A DNA stretch of 18,710 bases from a virus (Duplodnaviria; Heunggongvirae; Uroviricota; Caudoviricetes). Location of the stretch: IMG/VR virus record IMGVR_UViG_2541047722_000004; one strand, written 5' to 3'. The notes below the pieces were generated by a model. The model was not told where the DNA came from and made no database searches. It was given only the letters and a program-made list of their open reading frames with translations. Of the stretch, positions 1-6,601 are shown one piece after another (positions within the stretch are counted from its first letter, which is position 1; each line of letters starts with the position of its first letter). A program made the position numbers and the translations under genes.

Positions 1-117
1 GGCTGCTACACCATGTTGCCGGGCAACGAGGGAGACCGTCATCCCTGGTTCAAAGCTCTGCTGAACAATTGCGATCTTTTCCTGTGTGGTACGCCGTCTG
101 CGTTTCTCCGGTCCTAA
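1..117 (+). CDS. 3-prime end of an unidentified upstream ORF (frame 1 open from the window edge to TAA at 115-117)
   Basis: Frame 1 is open from position 1 and translates to ...[38 protein letters not shown]. It lies where an endolysin gene would sit in a lambda-type lysis cassette, but I do not recognise it as an endolysin. May be non-coding. Confidence 0.25.
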
Positions 118-142
118 GACATCAATCATCTGCTCTCCAATG

Positions 143-188
143 ACTAGTCTAAAAACTAGTATTAAGACTATCACTTAAATAAGTGATA
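143..188. repeat. Cluster of palindromes: ACTAGT-N6-ACTAGT (143-160) and a 9-bp inverted repeat TATCACTTA-AA-TAAGTGATA (169-188)
   Basis: Read directly from the sequence. Sits in the junction between the upstream ORF remnant and the truncated Rz reading frame. Confidence 0.6.
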
Positions 189-583
189 TTGGTTGTCTGG
201 AGATTCAGGGGGCCAGTCTAGCGCAACGCGATAATGTGAAGGAAAAACTCAACCAGGCGACCGCAATCATTACTGACATGCAGATACGCCAGCGTGATGT
301 TGCTGCACTCGATGCAAAATACCTGAAGGAGTTAGCTGATGCGAAAGCTGAAAATGATGCTCTGCGTGATGATGTTGCCGCTGGTCGTCGTCGGTTGCAC
401 ATCAAAGCAGTCTGTCCGTCCGTGCGTGAAGCCACCATCGCCTCCAGCGTGGATAATGCAGTCTCCCCCAGACTGGCAGACACCGCTGAACGGGATTATT
501 TCACCCTCCGGGAACGACTGGTAATGATGCAGGCCCAACTTGAAGGTGCTCAGCAATACATAACCGAACAGTGTTTAAAGTAA
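179..583 (+). pseudogene. rzpR: Rz-like i-spanin lacking the N-terminal transmembrane anchor (rzpR-like remnant)
   Basis: From about 212 the translation (AQRDNVKEKLNQATAIITDMQIRQRDVAALDAKYLKELADAKAENDALRDDVAAGRRRLHIKAVC...) matches lambda Rz as I remember it. The frame opens only at 179 after a TAA, has no ATG before the GTG at 236, and the upstream residues (ISDIGCLEIQGASL) are not a hydrophobic TM helix. Confidence 0.7.
339..524 (+). CDS. rzoR: Rz1-like o-spanin outer-membrane lipoprotein, embedded in the +1 frame of Rz
   Basis: 61 aa, MRKLKMMLCVMMLPLVVVGCTSKQ... : signal peptide with lipobox (VVGC) followed by a proline-rich mature region (PPSPPAWIMQSPPDWQTPLNGIISPS), closely resembling lambda Rz1. 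Embedding inside Rz is the classic spanin arrangement. Confidence 0.8.
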   Translation: MRKLKMMLCVMMLPLVVVGCTSKQSVRPCVKPPSPPAWIMQSPPDWQTPLNGIISPSGNDW

Positions 584-669
584 AATCTTAACTACAATAT
601 GATTCATTTTGATGATTGTTTCATAAGGAACAGTGAAGTAAGATCTAAGATGAGTTAAATTTTATACAG

Positions 670-703
670 TATAATCATAATGTTGCAGCAAGGTGGTTAT
701 AAT
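670..703 (+). promoter_or_regulatory. Possible sigma70 -10 elements (TATAAT at 670-675 and 698-703) upstream of trkG
   Basis: Two exact TATAAT hexamers in the AT-rich intergenic region before the trkG ATG at 721. No convincing -35 at canonical spacing; weak call by eye. Confidence 0.25.
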
Positions 704-720
704 TGAAAGAATATTTAGAT

Positions 721-2178
721 ATGAATACATCTCATGTAAGAGTTGTTACTCATATGTGTGGGTTCCTGGTTTGGCTCTATAGTCTTTCAATGTTGCCACC
801 AATGGTTGTAGCATTGTTTTATAAAGAAAAAAGCCTGTTCGTTTTCTTTATAACTTTCGTTATATTTTTTTGCATTGGTGGCGGAGCGTGGTATACAACT
901 AAGAAATCTGGTATTCAATTACGTACCCGTGATGGGTTTATTATAATTGTAATGTTTTGGATTTTGTTTTCTGTTATTAGTGCATTCCCTTTATGGATTG
1001 ACTCAGAACTTAATTTAACGTTTATTGATGCTCTATTTGAAGGGGTTTCTGGAATAACAACAACAGGAGCAACTGTAATTGATGATGTTAGTTCATTACC
1101 TCGGGCATATTTGTACTATCGGTCACAGTTAAATTTTATAGGTGGCTTAGGAGTTATTGTTCTGGCGGTTGCTGTATTGCCATTATTGGGTATTGGTGGT
1201 GCAAAGCTTTATCAGTCAGAAATGCCAGGGCCATTTAAGGATGACAAACTTACTCCCCGCCTGGCCGATACGTCACGGACACTTTGGATAACTTATTCTT
1301 TATTAGGTATTGCTTGTATTGTCTGTTATAGACTTGCAGGAATGCCTTTGTTTGATGCTATTTGTCACGGGATATCCACAGTTTCGCTTGGTGGTTTCTC
1401 AACTCATAGCGAGAGTATCGGATATTTTAATAACTATTTGGTTGAGCTGGTGGCTGGTTCTTTTTCCCTGCTATCGGCTTTCAACTTCACCCTTTGGTAT
1501 ATTGTTATTAGCAGGAAAACGTTAAAACCTTTAATCAGAGATATTGAACTTCGTTTCTTTCTGTTAATAGCCTTAGGGGTGATCATTGTTACCTCTTTCC
1601 AGGTCTGGCATATAGGTATGTATGACTTGCCTGGAAGTTTTATTCATTCGTTTTTTCTTGCCAGCTCCATGCTCACTGATAATGGTTTAGCTACGCAGGA
1701 TTACGCAAACTGGCCCACGCACACGATAGTGTTTTTGCTGTTGTCAAGTTTCTTTGGGGGATGTATAGGTTCAACTTGTGGTGGAATTAAGTCACTTCGA
1801 TTTCTTATACTTTTCAAACAAAGCAAACACGAGATAAACCAGCTTTCTCATCCCAGAGCGTTGTTGAGTGTAAATGTAGGAGGGAAGATAGTTACAGATC
1901 GTGTAATGAGGTCTGTATGGAGTTTCTTTTTTCTTTATACTCTCTTCACGGTGTTTTTTATACTGGTGTTAAATGGTATGGGATATGATTTTCTTACATC
2001 ATTTGCAACAGTGGCTGCATGTATTAATAATATGGGATTAGGTTTTGGGGCTACTGCATCGTCATTCGGAGTGCTTAATGACATTGCAAAATATTTAATG
2101 TGCATAGCTATGATTCTTGGTCGCCTTGAAATTTATCCTGTTATTATATTGTTTTCAGGTTTTTTTTGGCGCTCCTAA
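721..2178 (+). CDS. trkG: TrkG, TrkH-family K+ uptake membrane protein (prophage moron)
   Basis: 485 aa from ATG 721 (the track ORF opens at TTG 703). Multi-pass hydrophobic protein with TrkH/KtrB-type pore-loop glycines (e.g. GITTTGATV, VSLGGFS, NNMGLGFG). Sequence and position after Rz/Rz1 match E. coli Rac prophage trkG as I recall it. Visibly more AT-rich than flanking phage genes. Confidence 0.9.
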   Translation: MNTSHVRVVTHMCGFLVWLYSLSMLPPMVVALFYKEKSLFVFFITFVIFFCIGGGAWYTTKKSGIQLRTRDGFIIIVMFWILFSVISAFPLWIDSELNLTFIDALFEGVSGITTTGATVIDDVSSLPRAYLYYRSQLNFIGGLGVIVLAVAVLPLLGIGGAKLYQSEMPGPFKDDKLTPRLADTSRTLWITYSLLGIACIVCYRLAGMPLFDAICHGISTVSLGGFSTHSESIGYFNNYLVELVAGSFSLLSAFNFTLWYIVISRKTLKPLIRDIELRFFLLIALGVIIVTSFQVWHIGMYDLPGSFIHSFFLASSMLTDNGLATQDYANWPTHTIVFLLLSSFFGGCIGSTCGGIKSLRFLILFKQSKHEINQLSHPRALLSVNVGGKIVTDRVMRSVWSFFFLYTLFTVFFILVLNGMGYDFLTSFATVAACINNMGLGFGATASSFGVLNDIAKYLMCIAMILGRLEIYPVIILFSGFFWRS

Positions 2179-2264
2179 TATATGGCTGATTTATAATTGT
2201 GAGTTTAATATTATATTGACTCACTCATTGATCCAATACCTAACTTTACCAGCAACACCTCCGC

Positions 2265-2299
2265 CCCCAGTAGCACTGGCTGCTGGGGTGCGTTTTATT
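2265..2299 (+). terminator. Putative intrinsic terminator downstream of trkG
   Basis: 10-bp stem (2265-2274 CCCCAGTAGC pairing with 2279-2288 GCTGCTGGGG, one G-U pair) with loop ACTG, followed 4 nt later by TTTTATT (2293-2299). Confidence 0.45.
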
Positions 2300-2315
2300 C
2301 ATAAAGCAAGGCTGT

Positions 2316-3107
2316 ATGAGCGAGAAATTGAAGATCGTCTATCGCCCTTTACAAGAACTGTCTCCGTATGCACACAACGCCAGGACACACAGCCCTGAGC
2401 AGGTGGCACAACTGGTAGAAAGCATTAAGCAATTCGGCTGGACTAATCCGGTGCTGATTGATGAAAAGGGCGAAATTATTGCTGGTCACGGTCGCGTTAT
2501 GGCGGCTGAAGTGCTCAAAATGGATTCCATTCCGGTCATCGTTCTGTCTGGTTTGATGGATGATCAGAAAAAGGCGTACCGCCTGGCAGATAATCGCCTG
2601 CCGCTGAACGCTGGCTGGGATGAAGAACTGTTGCGGATGGAGCTGTCGGAGCTAATCAATGCTGATTTTGATATCTCCCTGACAGGATTCAGCCCGACAG
2701 AAATTGATGAACTGTTGACGGATGTTTTGCCAGGTACAGGAAATGAGGAGGAGCCGTACACGACGAAAATTGATACGCCTGTTTATGAGCCGTCGGGCGA
2801 TAAACCGGACATCAGTGAGCTGTACGACGATACGAAAACTCAGGAGCTGATCAGCCGGATACGTTCGGCGTCCCTTGAGCCCGATATCGAAAAATTCCTC
2901 CTGTGCGCGGCAGAACGCCACACGGTGTTTAATTTCAGCAGAATTGCGGACTATTACGCTCACGCCCCCGCTGAAATTCAGTGTTTTTTCGAGGAGTCGG
3001 CGCTGGTGATCATTGATTATCAGCAGGCTATTGAAAATGGATTTGTCCGGATGACGCAGCGCATGGTGGAGATCATGCATGGTGGTGAGGAGGAGGAATA
3101 TGCGTGA
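2316..3107 (+). CDS. ParB-like nuclease (ParB/Srx N-terminal domain) protein with an uncharacterised C-terminal domain
   Basis: 263 aa. N-terminal region (YRPLQELSPYAHNARTHSPEQVAQLVESIKQFGWTNPVLIDEKGEIIAGHGRVMAA) has the ParB/Srx motif pattern. The short K-12 Rac ORF ynaK next to trkG appears, from memory, to be an N-terminal fragment of this type of gene. Stop overlaps the next gene. Confidence 0.75.
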   Translation: MSEKLKIVYRPLQELSPYAHNARTHSPEQVAQLVESIKQFGWTNPVLIDEKGEIIAGHGRVMAAEVLKMDSIPVIVLSGLMDDQKKAYRLADNRLPLNAGWDEELLRMELSELINADFDISLTGFSPTEIDELLTDVLPGTGNEEEPYTTKIDTPVYEPSGDKPDISELYDDTKTQELISRIRSASLEPDIEKFLLCAAERHTVFNFSRIADYYAHAPAEIQCFFEESALVIIDYQQAIENGFVRMTQRMVEIMHGGEEEEYA

Positions 3108-4032
3108 TGATTTTTGCGCCTTTATTCTGACTCACGGGCGACCGGACAAAGTTCTGACTTACCGGACGTTGCGTCGTGCTGGCTATACCGGGAAAATTTT
3201 TATCGTTGTTGATGATGAAGATAAGACACGGCATCAGTACATGGCTGAATTTGGTGAACAGGTGCTGGTGTTTTCCAAAGCCGATATCGCCAGTCGTTTT
3301 GACGAAGCCGATAATTTCGGTGACCGCCGCTCAATTTTTTACGCCCGTAATGCCTGTTTCGACCTGGCAAAACTGGTCGGGTGTAAATACTTCATTCAGC
3401 TCGATGATGATTATCACGAGTTCCAGTTTCGGGTGGATCGCAACTATGACCAGGCCTATTTTCCGATAAGGAAACTGGATGCGATCCTTTCTGAAATGCT
3501 GGCGTACTACGAATCAATACCTGCTCTTTCCATCGCTATGTCGCAGGGCGGGGATTTTCTTGGTGACAATGGCGGCCATGCTTCGTGGGTGAAACGCAAG
3601 GCAATGAACAGCTTTATCTGTTCGGTTGATCGACCGTTCTCATTCATGGGGCGCATTAACGAGGATGTGAATACGTACACGAATCTCGGTCGCTGTGGTG
3701 AATTGTTTATGACGATCGGTGCTGTCCAGTTAGGGCAGAAACAGACGCAGAAAAACAGCGGCGGAATGACCGAGCTGTATCTGGATTCCGGAACCTACGT
3801 TAAAAGTTTTTACTCCGTCATGTATGCGCCGTCGTGCGTAAAAATCTCACTGATGGGTGCCAGCCATAAACGCATTCACCATCAGGTCACTTGGAACAAC
3901 GCTGCAGTAAAAATCCTTCACGAAAAATACAGGAAGAAGACACCCTGCATATCAATAGGGGTGACAAATGATTCCATATTCGAAAGTCGAGTCTCTGGCA
4001 GCGTGCCGGATGACTGCACAACAAATCGCTGA
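3100..4032 (+). CDS. Hypothetical protein, possible GT-A-fold nucleotide-sugar transferase (DxD motif)
   Basis: ATG at 3100 preceded by strong SD GAGGAGGAGG (3087-3096); the track ORF opens at 3079. Overlaps the ParB-like gene stop by 8 nt. Motifs resemble GT-A/GT2 enzymes: FILTHGRPDKV (first strand plus loop), IFIVVDDEDK, and FIQLDDDYHEF (DxD). Fold assignment is by motif resemblance only. Confidence 0.55.
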   Translation: MRDDFCAFILTHGRPDKVLTYRTLRRAGYTGKIFIVVDDEDKTRHQYMAEFGEQVLVFSKADIASRFDEADNFGDRRSIFYARNACFDLAKLVGCKYFIQLDDDYHEFQFRVDRNYDQAYFPIRKLDAILSEMLAYYESIPALSIAMSQGGDFLGDNGGHASWVKRKAMNSFICSVDRPFSFMGRINEDVNTYTNLGRCGELFMTIGAVQLGQKQTQKNSGGMTELYLDSGTYVKSFYSVMYAPSCVKISLMGASHKRIHHQVTWNNAAVKILHEKYRKKTPCISIGVTNDSIFESRVSGSVPDDCTTNR

Positions 4033-4219
4033 CGTTCTGGATGTTGATCTGAACCGACTGAAAGAAAATCGGGAAGCAATGACAGATTTTTATGCGGCCA
4101 TCCGTAAGGGCAGAGCGAAAGGTGAAGCCGAGTTACGAGCGGCATTGTTTAAGCTTGCCAGAAAAGGGGATGCCTTTGCTCTGCGCGAACTACTCAGGGT
4201 GGATAAAAATCAGGACTAA
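3968..4219 (+). CDS. Small hypothetical protein, possibly HTH DNA-binding (packaging-associated)
   Basis: 83 aa from ATG 3968 (SD-like GGGGTG 6 nt upstream); overlaps the 3-prime end of the preceding gene by 65 nt in another frame. An alternative start at ATG 4010 gives 69 aa. Helix-rich, basic (AQQIADVLDVDLNRLKENREAMTDFYAAIRKGRAKGEAELRAALFKLARKG). Ends 3 nt before terS. Confidence 0.45.
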   Translation: MIPYSKVESLAACRMTAQQIADVLDVDLNRLKENREAMTDFYAAIRKGRAKGEAELRAALFKLARKGDAFALRELLRVDKNQD

Positions 4220-4222
4220 CTG

Positions 4223-5317
4223 ATGAGCAGACCGGACTGGGGGGCGTTGCAGCAGGAGTATATTGCTGAATACACCCGCTCCGGTATATCTCCGGTGGCA
4301 TGGTGTGAAGCAAGGGGACTGAATTACGCAACAGCCCGTCGTTACATCAAAAAACCTCCGAAAAATGCGCAGACAGAAATGCGCAAAACTGCGCAAAAAA
4401 GTGCGCAGAAAAAATCTGCGCAGACTGCACAAAAGCGGAACGAAAAATCTCAGGAAAAAAAGCCAGTATTCGATGCGGGCCTGAATGAGGGCGACGCGGA
4501 GGAATTTTCGTTCTGTCCCGATGAATTCGGCATTTCTGACCAGCAGGCTAAGTTTGCGATGCTTGTTGCTCAGGGGAAAAAGCCGACAGAGGCGTACCGA
4601 CTAGCCGGTTATGAGGGGCAAGGTGCGACAGCTAACAGCAACGCCAGTCGTATGCTTAGAAATGCCAGGGTTTTTCGCGCTATCAGCTACTTCCGCAATC
4701 AGTACCAGAAACGCTATACCGCAGACCTGGATTTACTGGTGAGTCAGTTGATGGCCATTGTCCTGGCCGACCCCAATCAGCTTGCACAATTTCGCCGTGT
4801 TAACTGCCGTTATTGCTGGGGCGAGAATCATCTCTACCAGTGGCGCGATATAGCAGAATTCGACAAGGCAGCGGCGCAGGCTTCCAGAGATGGCAAACCC
4901 GAACCGGAATATGGAGGCCTCGGCTTTGTTGATAACGCCATACCCAATCCGGACTGCCCGAAGTGCTGCGGTGAGGGAACGGGACAGCTTTATATGGCTG
5001 ATACCACTCTGCTTGATGGGGATGCGCGGCAATTATATGCAGGGGCAAAACTCGGAAAATTCGGCGTTGAGATCCTGCTGGAGGATAAGGCTGCCGCCCG
5101 GCGTGAATTGTTGCGTTTGCTTTCTGCTGGCGGGGCTTTATGTGCAGATAAGCGGCTACAGGAACTGGAAATTGAACGACGCAGAATGGAAAACCAGAAG
5201 CTGCGCAAAGAGATCGAAACGGTGGAAGATAATGAACATCCCCAGCCTGTGGCGATCAATATTAATGTGGTTGATGCCAGAGTAAGGAGTGATGAAGATG
5301 ATCTCTCCGACGCTTAA
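4223..5317 (+). CDS. Terminase small subunit (Terminase_2-like core with N-terminal HTH, K/A/Q-rich linker and Cys4 motif)
   Basis: 364 aa. Core motif ISDQQAKFAMLVAQGKKPTEAYRLAGYEGQGATANSNASRMLRNARVFRAI matches the pattern of phage small terminase subunits. Sits immediately upstream of the large terminase gene and overlaps its start. Confidence 0.8.
   Translation: MSRPDWGALQQEYIAEYTRSGISPVAWCEARGLNYATARRYIKKPPKNAQTEMRKTAQKSAQKKSAQTAQKRNEKSQEKKPVFDAGLNEGDAEEFSFCPDEFGISDQQAKFAMLVAQGKKPTEAYRLAGYEGQGATANSNASRMLRNARVFRAISYFRNQYQKRYTADLDLLVSQLMAIVLADPNQLAQFRRVNCRYCWGENHLYQWRDIAEFDKAAAQASRDGKPEPEYGGLGFVDNAIPNPDCPKCCGEGTGQLYMADTTLLDGDARQLYAGAKLGKFGVEILLEDKAAARRELLRLLSAGGALCADKRLQELEIERRRMENQKLRKEIETVEDNEHPQPVAININVVDARVRSDEDDLSDA
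4366..4431. repeat. Array of five perfect TGCGCA palindromic hexamers plus one degenerate copy (TGCACA), spaced 10-15 bp with A-rich spacers
   Basis: TGCGCA at 4366, 4380, 4390, 4402, 4417 and TGCACA at 4426. Encodes the N-A-Q / M-R-K / T-A-Q / S-A-Q linker of TerS; the copy at 4380 is in a different codon phase from the others. Confidence 0.6.
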
Positions 5318-6599
5318 TGTGCCTCAGGCGCGATTTCTTTCAATGCCCCATAAATTTAAAGCCTATATTGCTGGTTTTGGCTCGGGCAAAACATGGGTTG
5401 GGTGTGGCGGCATATGCAAGGGGATTTGGGAGCATCCAGGTATAAATCAGGGATATTTTGCGCCAACGTATCCCCAAATTCGCGATATTTTTTACCCTAC
5501 AGTGGAAGAAGTTGCTGCTGACTGGGGATTGAACGTAAAAATTAATGAGGGAAATAAAGAGGTTCACTTTTATTACGGACGCCAGTATCGGGGAACCACT
5601 ATCTGCAGATCGATGGAGAAGCCACAAACGATCGTCGGTTTCAAAATTGGTAATGCGCTGGTGGATGAACTGGACATTTTGCCGAAGGAAAAAGCCAGAA
5701 CGGCGTGGCGCAAGATAATTGCGCGTATGCGTTATAAGATTGATGGACTTCGCAACGGTATTGACGTTACAACCACGCCGGAAGGATTCAAATTTGTCTA
5801 CGAGCAGTTTGTTAAAGCCGTGCGTGAAAAAACAGAGCTGGCCTCACTGTATGGTCTGGTGCAGGCATCTACTTTCGATAATGAAAAGAACCTGCCAGCA
5901 GATTACATTCCTTCGCTTCTTGAATCATACCCTCCAGAGCTGATTAAAGCCTATCTTCGAGGACAGTTTACTAACCTGACAAGTGGTACTGTTTACCATC
6001 AGTTTGACCGGAAACTGAATAATTGCGAAGAAGTGGAGCAGCCAGGGGAGCCGATTTATATTGGGATGGATTTTAACGTTGGAAAGATGGCGGGGATCGT
6101 CCATGTGCTGCGTTTGGGGCTTCCATGTGCGGTAACTGAAATCATCAATGCCTACGATACGCCGGATATGATCCGCATCATTAAAGAACGCTTCTGGCTG
6201 TATGACGGGAATGATTACCGGAAAGTGAGGGAGATTTATATTTATCCAGATGCTTCCGGAGATTCCAGAAAATCAAGTAACGCAAGTACGACGGATATAG
6301 CCCAGCTTAAGCAGGCTGGTTTTAACGTTGTGGTGAACAGCTCGAACCCGCCAGTAAAAGATCGCGTTAACTCAATGAATGCAATGTTCTGCAATGCCAA
6401 TGGTGAGCGTCGCTATAAAGTTAATGTGAAGCGTTGTCCGGTATATGCCGAATCTCTGGAGCAACAGGTCTGGGATGATAAGGGGGAGCCTGATAAAAAA
6501 TCTGGCAATGATCACCCGAATGATGCCGGAGGTTATTTCATCGTTAAGCAATTCCCTATTGTCAAACCGACCGGAAGAGTCACATCACTTCGGATTTAA
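5298..6599 (+). CDS. Terminase large subunit
   Basis: Walker A motif (AGFGSGKT) near the N-terminus, then an ATPase region and C-terminal nuclease-like region. SD AAGGAG at 5284-5289 favours ATG 5298; GTG 5289 and ATG 5292 are alternative starts (the track ORF starts at 5289). Confidence 0.9.
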   Translation: MISPTLNVPQARFLSMPHKFKAYIAGFGSGKTWVGCGGICKGIWEHPGINQGYFAPTYPQIRDIFYPTVEEVAADWGLNVKINEGNKEVHFYYGRQYRGTTICRSMEKPQTIVGFKIGNALVDELDILPKEKARTAWRKIIARMRYKIDGLRNGIDVTTTPEGFKFVYEQFVKAVREKTELASLYGLVQASTFDNEKNLPADYIPSLLESYPPELIKAYLRGQFTNLTSGTVYHQFDRKLNNCEEVEQPGEPIYIGMDFNVGKMAGIVHVLRLGLPCAVTEIINAYDTPDMIRIIKERFWLYDGNDYRKVREIYIYPDASGDSRKSSNASTTDIAQLKQAGFNVVVNSSNPPVKDRVNSMNAMFCNANGERRYKVNVKRCPVYAESLEQQVWDDKGEPDKKSGNDHPNDAGGYFIVKQFPIVKPTGRVTSLRI

Positions 6600-6601
6600 T
6601 T

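Noticed and set aside
143-160. ACTAGT-N6-ACTAGT as a restriction-modification or operator site
   Set aside because: A short palindromic hexamer repeated twice can arise by chance or as a deletion scar; no adjacent gene supports a specific function. Kept only as a repeat feature.
205-483. Minus-strand ORF (92 aa) antisense to Rz/Rz1
   Set aside because: Lies entirely within the better-supported Rz and Rz1 reading frames on the + strand; no RBS or recognisable product; typical antisense artefact.
1310-1525. + strand alternative-frame ORF (71 aa) inside trkG
   Set aside because: Nested within trkG in another frame.
2216-2244. TTGACT hexamer as a possible -35 element for the ParB-like gene
   Set aside because: No acceptable -10 element at 16-18 bp spacing; cannot be supported.
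2117-2398. + strand ORF (93 aa) spanning the trkG 3-prime end and the intergenic region
   Set aside because: Alternative-frame read-through of the trkG end and terminator region; hydrophobic artefact of AT-rich sequence.
2652-3080. Minus-strand ORF (142 aa) inside the ParB-like gene
   Set aside because: Antisense to a gene with a recognisable domain; no independent support.
4733-5259. Minus-strand ORFs (99, 82, 89 aa) and + strand alternative-frame ORF 4890..5285 inside terS
   Set aside because: All nested within terS, whose frame carries the recognisable terminase motif; no start signals.
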